The notes under the pieces were generated by a model, which was not told the origin of the DNA, searched no databases, and saw only the letters and a list, made by a program, of their open reading frames with translations. From Amoebidium appalachense (lineage: Eukaryota; Protista; Ichthyosporea), in contig CAVNZM010000010.1 of NCBI GenBank assembly GCA_963693365.1, positions 8,185,794 through 8,249,793 on the forward strand: a stretch of 64,000 bases of DNA, read 5' to 3'. The position numbers were made by a program, and so were the translations under genes. Below are positions 14,211 to 39,017 of this stretch, piece by piece. Numbering within the stretch: position 1 is the first letter of the stretch; every line of letters begins with the position of its first letter.

Positions 14211-16416
14211 CTCCCCCCCCCGTCTGACTAGTTAACGGCAAAGCAAGCATACTATAGTCCTTAATATAACGACGAAGATAATTAGTTAAACCTAAAAATT
14301 GCCTTAGTTGAGTGACAGTCTGAGGACGGGGCCACTCAACTATGGCCCGGATTTTCTCCGGATCAGGGGAAAGACCATTACTAGACACAATATGACCTAA
14401 AAACTTAACCTCCGGCACACCAATCACAGTCTTGCTACCGCTAATACGAAGACCAGACTCACCCAAAGCTAAAAATACTTTTTCACAATTATTAACTAAC
14501 TCCTCAAATGACCTACCTTTAATTAAAACATCATCCAAATAAGGGTGGCATACATCCAAATGAGGGTGGAGAATTTTATACATTACCCGGCACAACATAG
14601 CTGGAGAGGAGAGCAAACCCATCGGCACCACCTTGTACTGGAACAGCTGGTCACCCAGTGCAAAGGCAGTCTTCTCCTTGCTGCTCTCCTCCAACCTTAT
14701 CTGCCAAAAAGCTGCTTTTAAATCAAGTTTAGCAAAGTGAGTATAGCCGTGCAGCTGTGAAAGCTGCTCGTCTATGTTAGGGAGAGGCCATTGGTCTGCC
14801 TTAGTGATCCGATTCAGAGCCCTGTAATCGTTCACTAGGCGCCAAGACCCGTCGGGCTTCTTAACCAATAGCACCGGACTTCTCCACGGACTCGAACTAT
14901 GCTCCACATGACCCTTTTTTAACATATCACTCACTATTATTAGCGCATCCGACAATTTATACTGCTCCATTCTATAGCTAGGCATCACTACCGGCCTATT
15001 ATCACCTGTGTCGATCTGCATTTCAAACCCTTTAACGAAGCCTACTTCGTTATCATCGGCCAGAAATGCAAACCGAGTCCTATCAAATAACTTAGCTAGC
15101 AATTTTTTCTGTTCTACCGTCCAATCCCCCTCCTTCATACCAAACGGCAATACTAACTCCGGGTTACCCCCATCACAAGTGGATGCATCCTTATTCACCG
15201 GAGTGCCACTTAACATTTCACCTCCTGTATTACATCGGTGCTGCTCGGGGTGAGGTTGAGGTACCTCCGGATATAGGCGGTCACCCTTAGCACCCCCCCC
15301 TCCCCCCGGCACACCAATGCCCCCGGGCAATTCCTGATGAGTTAGTGCATGTATGTGGGGGGCCAGGTCTGTGGCCACCCTGCCCCCCACGGTGTTGGTT
15401 AACCCGTCAGATCCACGGGTTAGACCAACACCCTCCCCCCTTGCCTGCACATTCTCACACCCGGGGTGACCCTCCTTCCTCTTGGGGGTCGGGGGAGTGG
15501 GACCGGTGCTGTCCCGGTCCCCCCCCCCATCGTGTCGGGTGACATTTTGGTGGCTAACGTTAAATAAAGTTGTTCCCCCTCCTCCTGAGTCACCCTTCGA
15601 GCCGGCATCCTCCTTTTGGGTAATAAGAGAGACCTCTATACTACCAATCTCATTAGTGAAACTACCGACGGAAACACCTGACCTAATCACTATAGGCTCG
15701 ATGCCCGGATTCACTAATTCTATTTCTATTGTCTTATCCGGCCATACCCTACTAAGGGTCCATTGGGCCACCTCCTGAAATGGGGTTTTCGGAGTAAAAA
15801 CCCCTAAATCCCCTATCCTAACATGATTGCCGGCCCGGACACGTACCGTTTGGCACTGATAAGGCTCGATTACTACTTCAGCCACCGTTCTAGCACCAGA
15901 CTGATAACCGTCGAGCCCATCATGGGTTTTAATTTTAACGCCGGACTGCAATTCTAAAACATTCGTACGTTCAAACAAAGCATTCACATGTCTACGGAAA
16001 AATGGGGCTCCCAACAAAACACTTTGAGCTAAATCCTTAACCACATAACAAGCAATATGCATAGCCTGGCCACCTATCTCACACGGCAACACACAAACAC
16101 CTTCCACAGACATACTACTATTATTAGCACTACCTAAGGCTGTGCTAGAAGCATCTAATATAGGAATTTCCCCCCCGGCCTGATTAAAACGACGAATAAA
16201 CGAAGCATGCACACAATTAACCTGAGCCCCTCCATCGAGCAAAGCAACAGCCTTCAACTTACCATCAGCTAACCATACGTCTATATAATGCCGGCTAAAA
16301 CCAACTAAATCCTCCTCCAATTCAAGCAACACATCATCACTCACTCCCAATCCCTGCCCACGAAGACTCACACCCTCGATACCTACGTGCAACATACCTA
16401 CCTGTGGTGCCTGCAC
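14200..16416 (-). CDS. Pol N-terminal part: aspartic protease, spacer and reverse transcriptase
   Basis: Protease ALLDGGAQVNCV...VLLGAPF. RT motifs SPWRSPVLLVKKPDGSWRLVNDYRALN, LDLKAAFWQI, KTAF, PMGL, YLDD, FLGH. Confidence 0.95.
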   Translation of the reverse strand: MQAPQVGMLHVGIEGVSLRGQGLGVSDDVLLELEEDLVGFSRHYIDVWLADGKLKAVALLDGGAQVNCVHASFIRRFNQAGGEIPILDASSTALGSANNSSMSVEGVCVLPCEIGGQAMHIACYVVKDLAQSVLLGAPFFRRHVNALFERTNVLELQSGVKIKTHDGLDGYQSGARTVAEVVIEPYQCQTVRVRAGNHVRIGDLGVFTPKTPFQEVAQWTLSRVWPDKTIEIELVNPGIEPIVIRSGVSVGSFTNEIGSIEVSLITQKEDAGSKGDSGGGGTTLFNVSHQNVTRHDGGGDRDSTGPTPPTPKRKEGHPGCENVQARGEGVGLTRGSDGLTNTVGGRVATDLAPHIHALTHQELPGGIGVPGGGGGAKGDRLYPEVPQPHPEQHRCNTGGEMLSGTPVNKDASTCDGGNPELVLPFGMKEGDWTVEQKKLLAKLFDRTRFAFLADDNEVGFVKGFEMQIDTGDNRPVVMPSYRMEQYKLSDALIIVSDMLKKGHVEHSSSPWRSPVLLVKKPDGSWRLVNDYRALNRITKADQWPLPNIDEQLSQLHGYTHFAKLDLKAAFWQIRLEESSKEKTAFALGDQLFQYKVVPMGLLSSPAMLCRVMYKILHPHLDVCHPYLDDVLIKGRSFEELVNNCEKVFLALGESGLRISGSKTVIGVPEVKFLGHIVSSNGLSPDPEKIRAIVEWPRPQTVTQLRQFLGLTNYLRRYIKDYSMLALPLTSQTGGGEEE

Positions 16417-16978
16417 GGGTGGGGTGGGGTGTGTATGTGATGTGGGTGGTGGTGGAGTGTGTGTGTGTGATGTGTGGGTGGGTGGTGTGTGTGTGTGTGG
16501 TGTATGTGTGGGTGTGTGTGTGGGTGTAGGTGTGTCTGCAACCGTCGTATGTTGTTGTGGTGGTGTGTTTCTATGTGTCTGTGCCTTCCCCCCCTTCCCC
16601 CTTTACTCGTGTGTGTCCCCCCCCTCCCGGAAACAATGGCACAGAAACCCCCTCCGGTGTGGTTAGAACAAACACCGGGTTGGGACAAGAAACACTGAGA
16701 CCATCCACTTGTGGCTGGGGAACCTCCCCCAACCACAAAACATTCACACCATTCATACCTTTGGTAGAGTCACCCCACAAACATTCATGCCATACCACCT
16801 CGACGCTGTCTTGAGGACCCACGACGATGCCCGGCTCCCACACGTATCGGGGCGGTGAGGGGGCAAAGGGAAGCTTAACCTGGGGTGGGGGAGGGTGAAG
16901 GTTCTCTGCAACCTGGGGGGGACCGATACTGTCCCCCCCCCCTCCCTCAGTGACCCCAGCTTCCCCCTCCCCCGGAAC

Positions 16979-18314
16979 TCAATAGCTCTTGTAACTACGG
17001 CAATATGCAGCAGAGTGCCCTTGCCGGCCACAAAAGTAACATGCACCAAAGAAGGGGCCAGGGGGGACTTCAAAACCTTGGCGCAAAGCATAACCGGGAG
17101 CCCGGTCATGCTGGGGGGGCCCACCGTGTGCACCACGGCCCCCCCTTCCCCCCTGCCCCCCTCGGCCTCTCTCACCACCATTTCCACCCCCTCCCTCTAC
17201 CCTGCCCACCACCACGAGCAAGATAAGGGGCAAACCTCTCGGTGAACTGCTGCTGTTGTCCTCCACGTCCACCTCGGCCACGACCGCCGTGTCCACCCCG
17301 GTCGCCGCCACGGCCACCTCGGAAGCCGAAGCCCCCTCGGCCAGAAAAGACGGCCTGGGAGAGCTCGGCAACCTGCTTGACCAACATGGTGAGTGCATCT
17401 GGCTGTTCACCCTCTTTTTTCTCTTTTTCCCCCTTCTGTCCACTCTCCTTCTTTTTCTTGTCTACTTCCATCACCTCCTTTTTATCCCTCTTATTGAACT
17501 TCACCTCGTGCATGGCAAGCAAGTGACGTTTAACATGCAACACCACCTCATCTACATCATCATGCTCCCCAAACATGCGTGCAGTGTCTGTGTTTACAGA
17601 GAGAGCCTTACGAGCAAACTCGAATTTTTCCCTATCACTCACGTCACCAGCTAACTCACAAAGGTCCTCAAAGACCCGATATTCCCTCTCAAAGAATGCA
17701 CGAGCTTCTACGGGGGACATATCTAGTGTGGGAAAGGTATACTTCCATTCTCTGAGCTGGGCCCGGAAGGTACGGCGCCGGTCGGCCGTCAGGTATCGGC
17801 CGACGAGCCGGGCCGTATACTCGAGCTCGTTTTCCGGCCGTGTGAAGGCCTCGAGCTCCCCGTCCACGTCGTCGGTGCTGTTCTCGTCCTCGTCGTCGGG
17901 GATGAACCGTGCGGCCAGACGTTTCTGGCCGAGTGTCCGGGACACCATCTCGTCCCTCCCCTCGTCGTACTGCTGCTCGTATATACGAGCCGTCACCTGG
18001 GGGGCCTGCTCGGCCCGGTACGGGTGCTCCTCCATCAGGGTGCATAAGTCGGCCATTGTTTTGTGGTCGATGCACTGTTTGATCATTAAGCACGAGGCCG
18101 CCACAGTGGGGGCCTTCTTTGTGTCTAACACTAGTGTGGGTGTGTTAGCTAGGAGTGTCCTAAGCCACCTAGGGATTTCCGAGTCGTGTTTGAGTGTAAA
18201 ACTGAAAGCTGTGGTCTGTCTAACGTCTAGTGTATGAACCTGTGGTACCTGTGTGTGCAGGGAGCTATCCTCCGCTGCCAATGCGTAGAACATGTCTACG
18301 TTAAACTTAGCCAT
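16979..18314 (-). CDS. Gag, with the CCHC zinc knuckle in a shifted frame near 17190
   Basis: The ATG at 18314 opens a 380-aa ORF with an RGG-rich C-terminus. CYFCGRQGHSAAYC (C-X2-C-X4-H-X4-C) lies in the overlapping frame that ends at TGA 16979. Confidence 0.88.
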
Positions 18315-18352
18315 TGTGTGGTGTGTGCCCTAACTCGTGTGGTTGTGTTTAT

Positions 18353-18392
<40 letters not shown>

Positions 18393-18478
18393 TGTGTTTG
18401 AGGTGTAGCAACAGCCCAGAAGGAACTGTCACCGCGTTACCCTAGCGCGAAAAACCGCACTAAAAGAAAGGTGTAGCT

Positions 18479-19118
18479 TGTCGTATCCTAATGTATGTGT
18501 ACTAGAGACGCGGCACTCTACTAAGTGTACACACACGAAAAGGAACGAACGTGTACAGAAAAACGGTAAAGTTTATTAAGACCAGGCTCCGACGGGCAAA
18601 CTTAGATCCGTACGGATTGAGTCTAAGTTACGACTGAGGCCATCAAGGCCGTGCCCTACAAGATCATCATCACCTGGCCCCCTACGATGCCACATTCCAT
18701 TAACATTCCGATCTACTTTTATCGTGCGCCTGCACGAGCTAAGTCGATCTACTCAACTAATATATTTATCCAAGTCTCACCCCTCACCCTCCCCCTAGTG
18801 GCACCGCAGAGTCTAAATCTACATTTCATACTATCCTCCCCCCCCCTCCCTCCCCCCTTTCCTCTACATCTAAATATATAAATACGTTTGGCAACATATA
18901 CTATCAAACCTTGCCAATCCTTACAAAAGGGCTTCTGCCCGAACAATGACATTCCTAAGTCCTCCTACGATCTATCCTACACACTAATTAGAATTCTATT
19001 GGACGGCTGTCCCGGCTGACGTGGTCCAATGCCCTGCGCCGGCAGAGGCAAGATGCACGCAGCTGTACAGCTATCTTGAGGCCCCGGACTTGATCTTGAT
19101 GATCTGTGGACCCGGGCC

Positions 19119-19153
<35 letters not shown>

Positions 19154-19204
19154 ATCTCGATCGTAGACTTAGGCTAATCTGCTGAGACGGATTAGTATAT
19201 GTCA
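18479..19204 (-). repeat. 5' LTR (726 bp)
   Basis: Direct repeat of 10826-11549. A TATA-like TTTATATAT lies on the minus strand near 18874-18882. Confidence 0.97.
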
Positions 19205-19627
19205 GATAGTGTTCTTAAGTCATTATTTCTTCCCTTTTTTCCCCCTTATTTTCCTTTTGTTTTGGTGGTGATGGTGGACCAGGTGGGGAGAGGGGAGGGG
19301 GGGGGGTTGGAGGGGGGTTGGAGGGGGAGGGATTCCGAAGGGGGGACACAAAAACACACACACCTGGTCCACGCATGTACGGACACAAACACACGTCGGA
19401 CATTGTGATATACACACATACACACACATGGCACACACACGTGACACCCCGGCAGTAACTGACAAAATCCACATGCACACACAGATATGACTGAGTCACA
19501 TTCTTGCACAAAAAGGTCACTGGGAGAGTTTTAATCATAAGTTATTGACCTGAAGGTTCGGAGGTGTCCAGGCACGGTGGGCCATTGTGCAATTGAAACC
19601 GTTACACTCTTCCTTAGCCTGTGGCAC

Positions 19628-20041
<414 letters not shown>

Positions 20042-20248
20042 TCTTAATACTAATTTTTTCCAAAACTTTCAAGTACTAGGTGAGCTATCTTAATCCTGAA
20101 TGGCATTAATTAGTTGTGAAACGAGGGAGGAAAGCCCCACGTGTACTATGGCTTATGTTCACTATCACAGTCACTGTGATGTAAGTGAGGCCCTGGATAC
20201 TGAGGCTCAGCTACGATGCTACGGCGCAAGAGGGAGAAGGAGAGCAGG

Positions 20249-20284
<36 letters not shown>

Positions 20285-20343
20285 CCGAGAGTCTGGGCAG
20301 GGAGGGGGGGGGGGGGGGGGGGGGTGGGTAGGAGGCCCGGTTC

Positions 20344-20404
<61 letters not shown>

Positions 20405-20821
20405 CCCGTTTCACTCCCGGAGGCACTGCCTACTACCACCTACTGAGGCGGTGTCTCCTTTCTCTCTCTTTTTTTTTTTTTTTTTTTTTTTTTTTACTAC
20501 GCCTGAGTAGATGTTAAAACGTCGCACGTGCGGCAACACGTCAGTACGTGTTAGCACTGCCTAAGGGGAGCAACGTCTTCCACAGTAGACACACGAATGT
20601 GCTCTCTACATAGTGCAACTATAAGTCAGGATACATAATCTCGACTGTCACTACATATCCTGGCAATTCTTAGCCCACGGGGTTGCCGCAGTCACGCTAG
20701 TGGGGATTGAGCAAACTCACTTTAACCAACGCCTAGCCAGGTCCTGGAGTGACCCGGGGAAAAATAAAAGGGTATAAGCAAGAAAAAATGTTGGGAAAGT
20801 TAGAAACAATACAATAAGACG

Positions 20822-21110
20822 AAGCAGTGTGTTCGTGCTGCTCTGCATGGTGGAAAAGAAAGAAAGAAGAGCAGGGTGTTGGTGCTGCTCGGCATGGTAG
20901 AAGACTAGAGCAGGGTGTTGGTGCTGCTCGGCAAGGTAGAAAACTAGAGCAGGGTGTTGGTGCTGCTCGGCATGGTAGAAGACACCAGAGCAGGGTGTTG
21001 GTGCTGCTGGGCACGGTAGAAGACACTAGAGCAGGGTGCTGGTGCTGCTCGGCATGGTAGCGGACACTAAACAAGCAGGGTGTTGGTGCTGCTCGTCATG
21101 GTGGAAGAAG
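20822..21110. repeat. 39-47-bp tandem minisatellite, 7 copies, with internal inverted repeat
   Basis: Unit AGAGCAGGGTGTTGGTGCTGCTCGGCATGGTAGAAGACT, with a GAGCAG...CTGCTC stem. Confidence 0.9.
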
Positions 21111-21669
21111 GCAGCATGAAGTTCGTGCGGCCTATTGATGTTCTTATGTTTTTCTAGAGTTTTTGACGTTTTAGTAAGTTTCGTTTTTTCTGACAAAGTG
21201 CCCATGTCGCAAAACTAATGACTCGTGTTGTACTAGTCCTACGGCAACGGCTCAAACACGGCCATGTTGCCAGCGTTTGGCTCTATGTGGAGGTGTGCAT
21301 GCCGCCCCTTGTGCGTAAATGTGGTGGAGTGTGGATGCAGCGGCGCACGGCCGTTTACGAAACACGTGTCGTGTTTTGTGCCTGGTCGCGATGGCCATGT
21401 GCGTTGTTAAAATTTAAGAGAATAGGAATGTGCAAAATACGAATCTTGATTGGTTGCATTTTATCTGATGAGCCCGGAGTGGCGATCTTATTGGATAGTT
21501 AACTGCTATTTTTAAGGAATCATACTGCTTGTTCACCTACCGATCACATATGGTTTTGATGTGATCGGGAGCCCGACATGGCGCGACTGATTCTGAAGGT
21601 CTCATAGACATAGTATTACTAGTTTCAAGCTACTCCATTTCAAGTTACTAAATACAGTAGTAGAGTATA

Positions 21670-21762
<93 letters not shown>

Positions 21763-21971
21763 GACACTGTGGCACGGCGGGTGCTTTTTGCAACTTGAGA
21801 CTGTCTCGCCTTTGAGGCGTGTGTACGGGTTTAAGAGCTATTTCGGGAGACCAGTTCTAGTGGGCATATGAGAGGGGGCCCTGGGCGCAGGGGGGACAAG
21901 GGGCCCGGGCGTGAGTTGGGTTTGGTGGGGGTAAATGTAATGTGGGGCGGGCGGGCGGGCGGGCGGGCGGG

Positions 21972-22043
<72 letters not shown>

Positions 22044-24283
22044 TGGTCAAGTACTTAAGCTTAGATCGTGACTCTGGGGTGGTGCAATCACACTGGTGTG
22101 CGTCTGCAACTGGGTATGTACATTATATAAGTTTGTATTTACTTATCACCGTGTCAGGGAAGGGGTTCTGAATCATGAATGTGGCGAAGCTCTGGGAGTT
22201 GATCAGGAAAGATGATTCACACAGGCGGGTAACAGCTGCACAAGCGATATCGATATATGTCTTGTGTGCTATTGTCACTGTCACTACTCGTGGGAGCTCG
22301 CGGGTACAAAAAATCCTCCAGGTGTAAACTCAATACTCCACAAAAGCGGCATATGTATGTGTTACGTTTATGTCACCGTATGTTGTTGTGGTTTGTGGTG
22401 GCTGTTGGGGGCTGTTGAATCAGCCTCCCCGCAAACTCGGACCAGTCTCGGCCCGGCCCCTCAGCTTGTAGCGCTGCTGTTGAATGAGGTCGCATTTTCA
22501 ACGAGATGCTCGAAAATATGCAGATCTGTGCGTGTTGTCATTTGTGATTGGATTGTATTTGTGGTTTTAGCTTATTGGGTAAAATCGTAAACATGAGTCG
22601 TCGATTATTGGCTGAAACTGCACCAGATAGGCGCACTCATTGCACTGGCTCGCATATCCGCCAATCTAAAAGTCGGATCTCTGGGTCGGCACGCTCCAGT
22701 TTAGCATCGCAGTTCACAACAAAGAAACAAACTGATCAGATTATCCGCTCACGTGTGTGCAAGATAGCCGAGGCACACCTGTCAGATAACCCCAGCTAAT
22801 TTTTAAAGGGACAGAAAGAGAGAGTAAGTGTTTATTTCTGCTTATATTATCCCATTTTTACAATTTAGAATTCTAGAATTTGCAGGCCTGAGGACTGAAA
22901 AACAGAGCCCAGCTAGTTACGTACTACGTCGGAGTTCATCCGGGGTGGAGCTCCACATCGAAACAATTCGGTACACACACGGCGTGTTAGTACACCTTGA
23001 TCACTAGCGGTTGCCGAAGTGTAACGCCTAATATAGAAATCGAATGCACATGTACATTTGTACATGTACATGCACACATGGTATAAATAGCACAGTAGTC
23101 AGTATGCGTGCTAACCCGCACGTGCAGACTTCTTGAAGCTGCTGGCGTCGGGGATTCTTTTTGTTCCTCCATGCGAAATGTAGGAGCGGAGATAGACTGT
23201 ACCTTGGGAGGTGTGTGCACAAGCACGAGGCAGGTTATCTTTCTTTCATTTTACACAATGACATCTGCGTGTGCCTATGTACATGTATGTGTCACATACA
23301 TGACATACACATGCTCACTAGATAGTGCTGTACATGTCCTGAAAGCTTTACGTGAGTGGTCGCTCTGTGATCATAACGAGTGTGTCATTCCGCGGCTGGT
23401 CTCTTGTATATCCATAAATAGTGTCAGTAGTTAAACGGCAAACTATGTCACCTTGATGCCAATGGTTGGTGTCGTGCAGGGAGAAGCCAACAGATGACTG
23501 GCACCTGTGGGCTTGCACAGCCACCACGTGGCGTGGGCCTGGGATCTGCCCTTGAACTGACAAGTGGAACCCACACAGTGGGATGGCCGTCAAAGCGTCG
23601 TGACTTCCTGACAGCCAATGAGCTGGCGCCAGGCACACATACCGATTCTTTTTTCCCACAAACGCTGGATAAGCACATGCATATCAATCCCTGGGCGAAG
23701 ATCTGTGCTCATATCTTCGTTCTGCTTCACATAAGGGGCTTACCCACGACCAAAGGTCACGGCATTGTGACACTTGTGAGGCATTATTTGCTCATGAGAG
23801 AAAGCCTGTGTATGGTTTCCAGGTGTAGCTGTTCGTGAATATTGACACACGGCTGGCCACATGTGCTTGCCTGTGTTCAAGTGAGAGGAGGTTTTCATTA
23901 GCTGATAACAGCTGCAGGGCTATACATATTCCAATGCCTTTTTCTTACATGACTCTAGACTAAGTTCTCACTCGTACTGTGTGAGCACTCTGTTTTCTTT
24001 CACTAATTGCAGTCTTTGTGAGCACTTGAAGCAACCTCCCTGGCATCGTGATGGTTCTCTCTGCAAGAAGCAGCGGCTACTCACTTTTGGAAGGATAATT
24101 GCTTTTCAAAACCTTTTTTTTTTTTTGTGTATATCTTGTGGGTCACCTACGGGCTTCAGTTAATCGCGCTGCAGGCATTTACAAGTCCAACAAAAACGCC
24201 AGTGACTTTTTTAGAAACCTCATTGCAGCCAAGCATTGCGCCACTTTTCTGGACATTCATTTTTTCCAACTGGCCCCGCTAAA

Positions 24284-26607
<2,324 letters not shown>

Positions 26608-28797
26608 GCGCAAGGTCAGACATGCAATTTGATGGGGGGGCTTTTGCATCCCCCTGTTCTGACAGCAAGTATTTTGCCTTTCTTGGATGGAAATGCACAT
26701 CACTCACTGATGTCCCCTGCGGTATGGTTGGTCCCTCTGTGTTTGTCGTATTATGGATTTTTCCGGGGCCTTAAAGGGGAGAAAGGGGGGGGGGGGGGGG
26801 GGGAGTGGGTGGGTGGGCGGGGGAGGAAGGGGGGAGGCATTATATTTCATAGAATATTGCTTTGTGCATCAGGCGCCACACCTTTGGCTTAGCATTTTAA
26901 AATCCAATGATGATTGGTCCGAGTCCGACTCGGTGCTAGCTCTCGTTGTATAAAAATCTTTAGTTGAAACAAGTCTTCCGCATTTACTGAATCAGATGCG
27001 AGTAGACTTCCTTATGGCTCGGCCTTGGCTCACTTGAATCAGTTTGTTAAGGCTTGAAGTATATGGGTGGCATGCCCTCATGTTTGTACATCATCAACGG
27101 TTGCATGATGTAATTAAACCTTACCGTACCATACCGTCAAACCCGGAGATCATTGTACATATTACATATACTGTACGGCAGAGTATTAGACATGTATATA
27201 ATCAGAGGGTTTTCGGCCAGTCCGACTCATGATACGTAAATGAAATGCACGTTAAATAAAACGGAAAAAAGTTCTTGGCAGGGGATATGCGGGAGCCTCG
27301 GAAATCATAAACTGAATCGTCGTCCCAGGAGGCCCATAAATGGTGGCAAAGAACCCACTGTGTATATTCGAAGTGAAACATTGCAGACAATGTAGTGATT
27401 TCCGTTCACTGAGTGTAATAATTCCATCATCCCCGCCCCCCACTTCTCTCCCCACATTAACCCCGTCTTCAACTTTGAAACCCCCCCCCCTCCCCCCCCC
27501 CTCCCCCCCCCCCCCCCCCCCCCCTCAAAAAAAAAAATCTACAAGAAGAAAGAAAAAAGAAAGGGAAAAAGAAAGGCTCTGCTAGGTTCCGAAACTGGAC
27601 AGCCCCTATGATGTTGTTAAGGTCACGACCTTGCTATGTATGGACATGGGAATATTTATATCAGGTTGTCCCACAATCACAATTCTGAAAGCCTGAATTG
27701 TCTAGAAACCAGAGTTGGTACCATAGGCAGCAAACACACACTGTTTCTACACACTATGCCCGCACCACACGCACTCTTACACCACACACCCACACCCAGT
27801 GGCACACCCACCCACGTCAGAGCCCTAGCTAAAAGCACAGTCACACTGATGATACTGACTTACCAATTACCCCCCCCCCTCCCCCCACCCCCGGGTACGT
27901 ACCTCCCCTCCTCCCCCCTTCTTCTCCCGCCGGGGTCCCACGTTGCATCACACCGTGTCTCGGGTGCCCCTCCTCATCCCCCCCCCCCCCCCCCCCCCCC
28001 CCCCCCTGCTCCGCCCCGGCCCCGCCCCCGGTCCCTCTCCCTCCTCCCCTCCCACCGGTCCATTGCCAGCGCGTTTTTGCCTGGCACCTGGCGGCACTGG
28101 TCCCGGTGAAATTGCGATGCATGGCAAGCTCCCCATTCCTTCATTCATGAAGCCGTAATCTAAACAGACCCCCCTTTGCCTCTCCCCCGGGTCCCGGGCC
28201 CCACCCCCTCCCCCCCCCCCCCCCCCCCCTCCCCTCCTTCCCCACCATCCGGAACCCCCTCTCTCCTCCCCCCCCCCCCGCTCCTCCTCCCCCGCCTTCC
28301 GGAACCCCTTCTCCCCCCCCCCCCCCTCCCCCCCCCCCCCCCCCCCTGTTCTTTTTCCTCCGCAGGGCCTCCCCCCTCCCCCCCGTTCTACTCAGCAACA
28401 TCATACCCACAGGCCACGGCCCTCTGGAAAACCGCGGCCGGCGAGGCACTGGGCGCAAGACATGCCATTGATAAAAGTTAACCAATCATAGTACTCCACG
28501 CAACACCAAAAAAGGAGCAGAATTAAAAGCCTCCCATATAAGGCTATGTGGCTCACCAGACACCAGCGCAACCATGGAAATTCTGTGAGCCATTGGCCCG
28601 TTGCACTGCTTTTCCGCTCTGACCTGCTCTGACTGGCACACTCGAGCTCAGCCGCTAAGTTGAAAACGGGAAACAGAAAGCACTTGTGAAAAGAAGAAGC
28701 ATAGAGTTGAATAGGAACGGCATTTTGTCTTATATTCTAATAAGTAATAACTAAACACGCTAATTTACCAGTCTCGGACAACACACAAAATCATACC

Positions 28798-38255
<9,458 letters not shown>

Positions 38256-38330
38256 TAACGTCATACGAGGGGGAGGTGGAGGTGTGTGTTTTTTTTGGGG
38301 GGGGTTTTTTTTTGTTTTTTTTTCTTTTTT

Positions 38331-38364
<34 letters not shown>

Positions 38365-38981
38365 TGTGGCCCGGATGTGTGGGGAGACCATGCAGAAGAT
38401 CAACTGAAAAGGTCCAGTCATTCGGGATTGAGACATCAATCATATCAAAATCTGGTCCTCCGGGCACCATTCTAAAAAACGAATTGGAATGTAAAGGCTA
38501 CCACCCTGATTTGGTGTCACTCATGGCTTAGTTTAGGAAGAGTAAAGTGTGGTAGAGAAATGAATTGCGAATTTAATTGTGCATTAAATAGACTTCTGTA
38601 TATTATTTTCTTGCCGACAACTGGAATGATTTTGATCTTTGATTATGATGTTGGGTGGTTGACTATGATTCATATACCGCATGCCTGTACTCTTTTGCTC
38701 AGTTTTGAAGCCATGAACTTCGAAAATCTAGGTCTACGAACGTGATCTACATACTTACATGGACACGTACCAATAGATGAAAACCGAGTCCTCAAGCTAC
38801 AACAGAGTTGACTTCTTACATGGAACACCAAGTAAAAGCAGCATTCTGCAGCCTTCTCATGCCATTTTCGTTTTTTTTTTTTTTTTTTTTTTTTTTTTTG
38901 TGGGGGGGGGGGGGGGGAGGGGGAGGGGGGGGGAGGGGGGGGGGGGGGGGGGCTTGGTTGGTTGGTTGGTTGTGCTTGGGG

Positions 38982-39017
<36 letters not shown>

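Larger units (their letters stand above)
10826..19204 (-). mobile_element. Full-length Ty3/Gypsy LTR retrotransposon with an integrase chromodomain (chromovirus-like)
   Basis: Two direct LTRs bounded by TG...CA, 5-bp TSD GATAG at 10821-10825 and 19205-19209, domain order gag-PR-RT-RH-IN-chromo, and a purine tract next to the 3' LTR. Confidence 0.97.

Noticed and set aside
17575-18237. Antisense ORF within gag
   Set aside because: Ser/Arg-rich shadow of a GC-rich coding segment.
20822-21110. CRISPR array or coding repeat (CRAAPTPCSS)
   Set aside because: There are no unique spacers. The ORFs arise because 39 is a multiple of 3 and the frames break in longer units.
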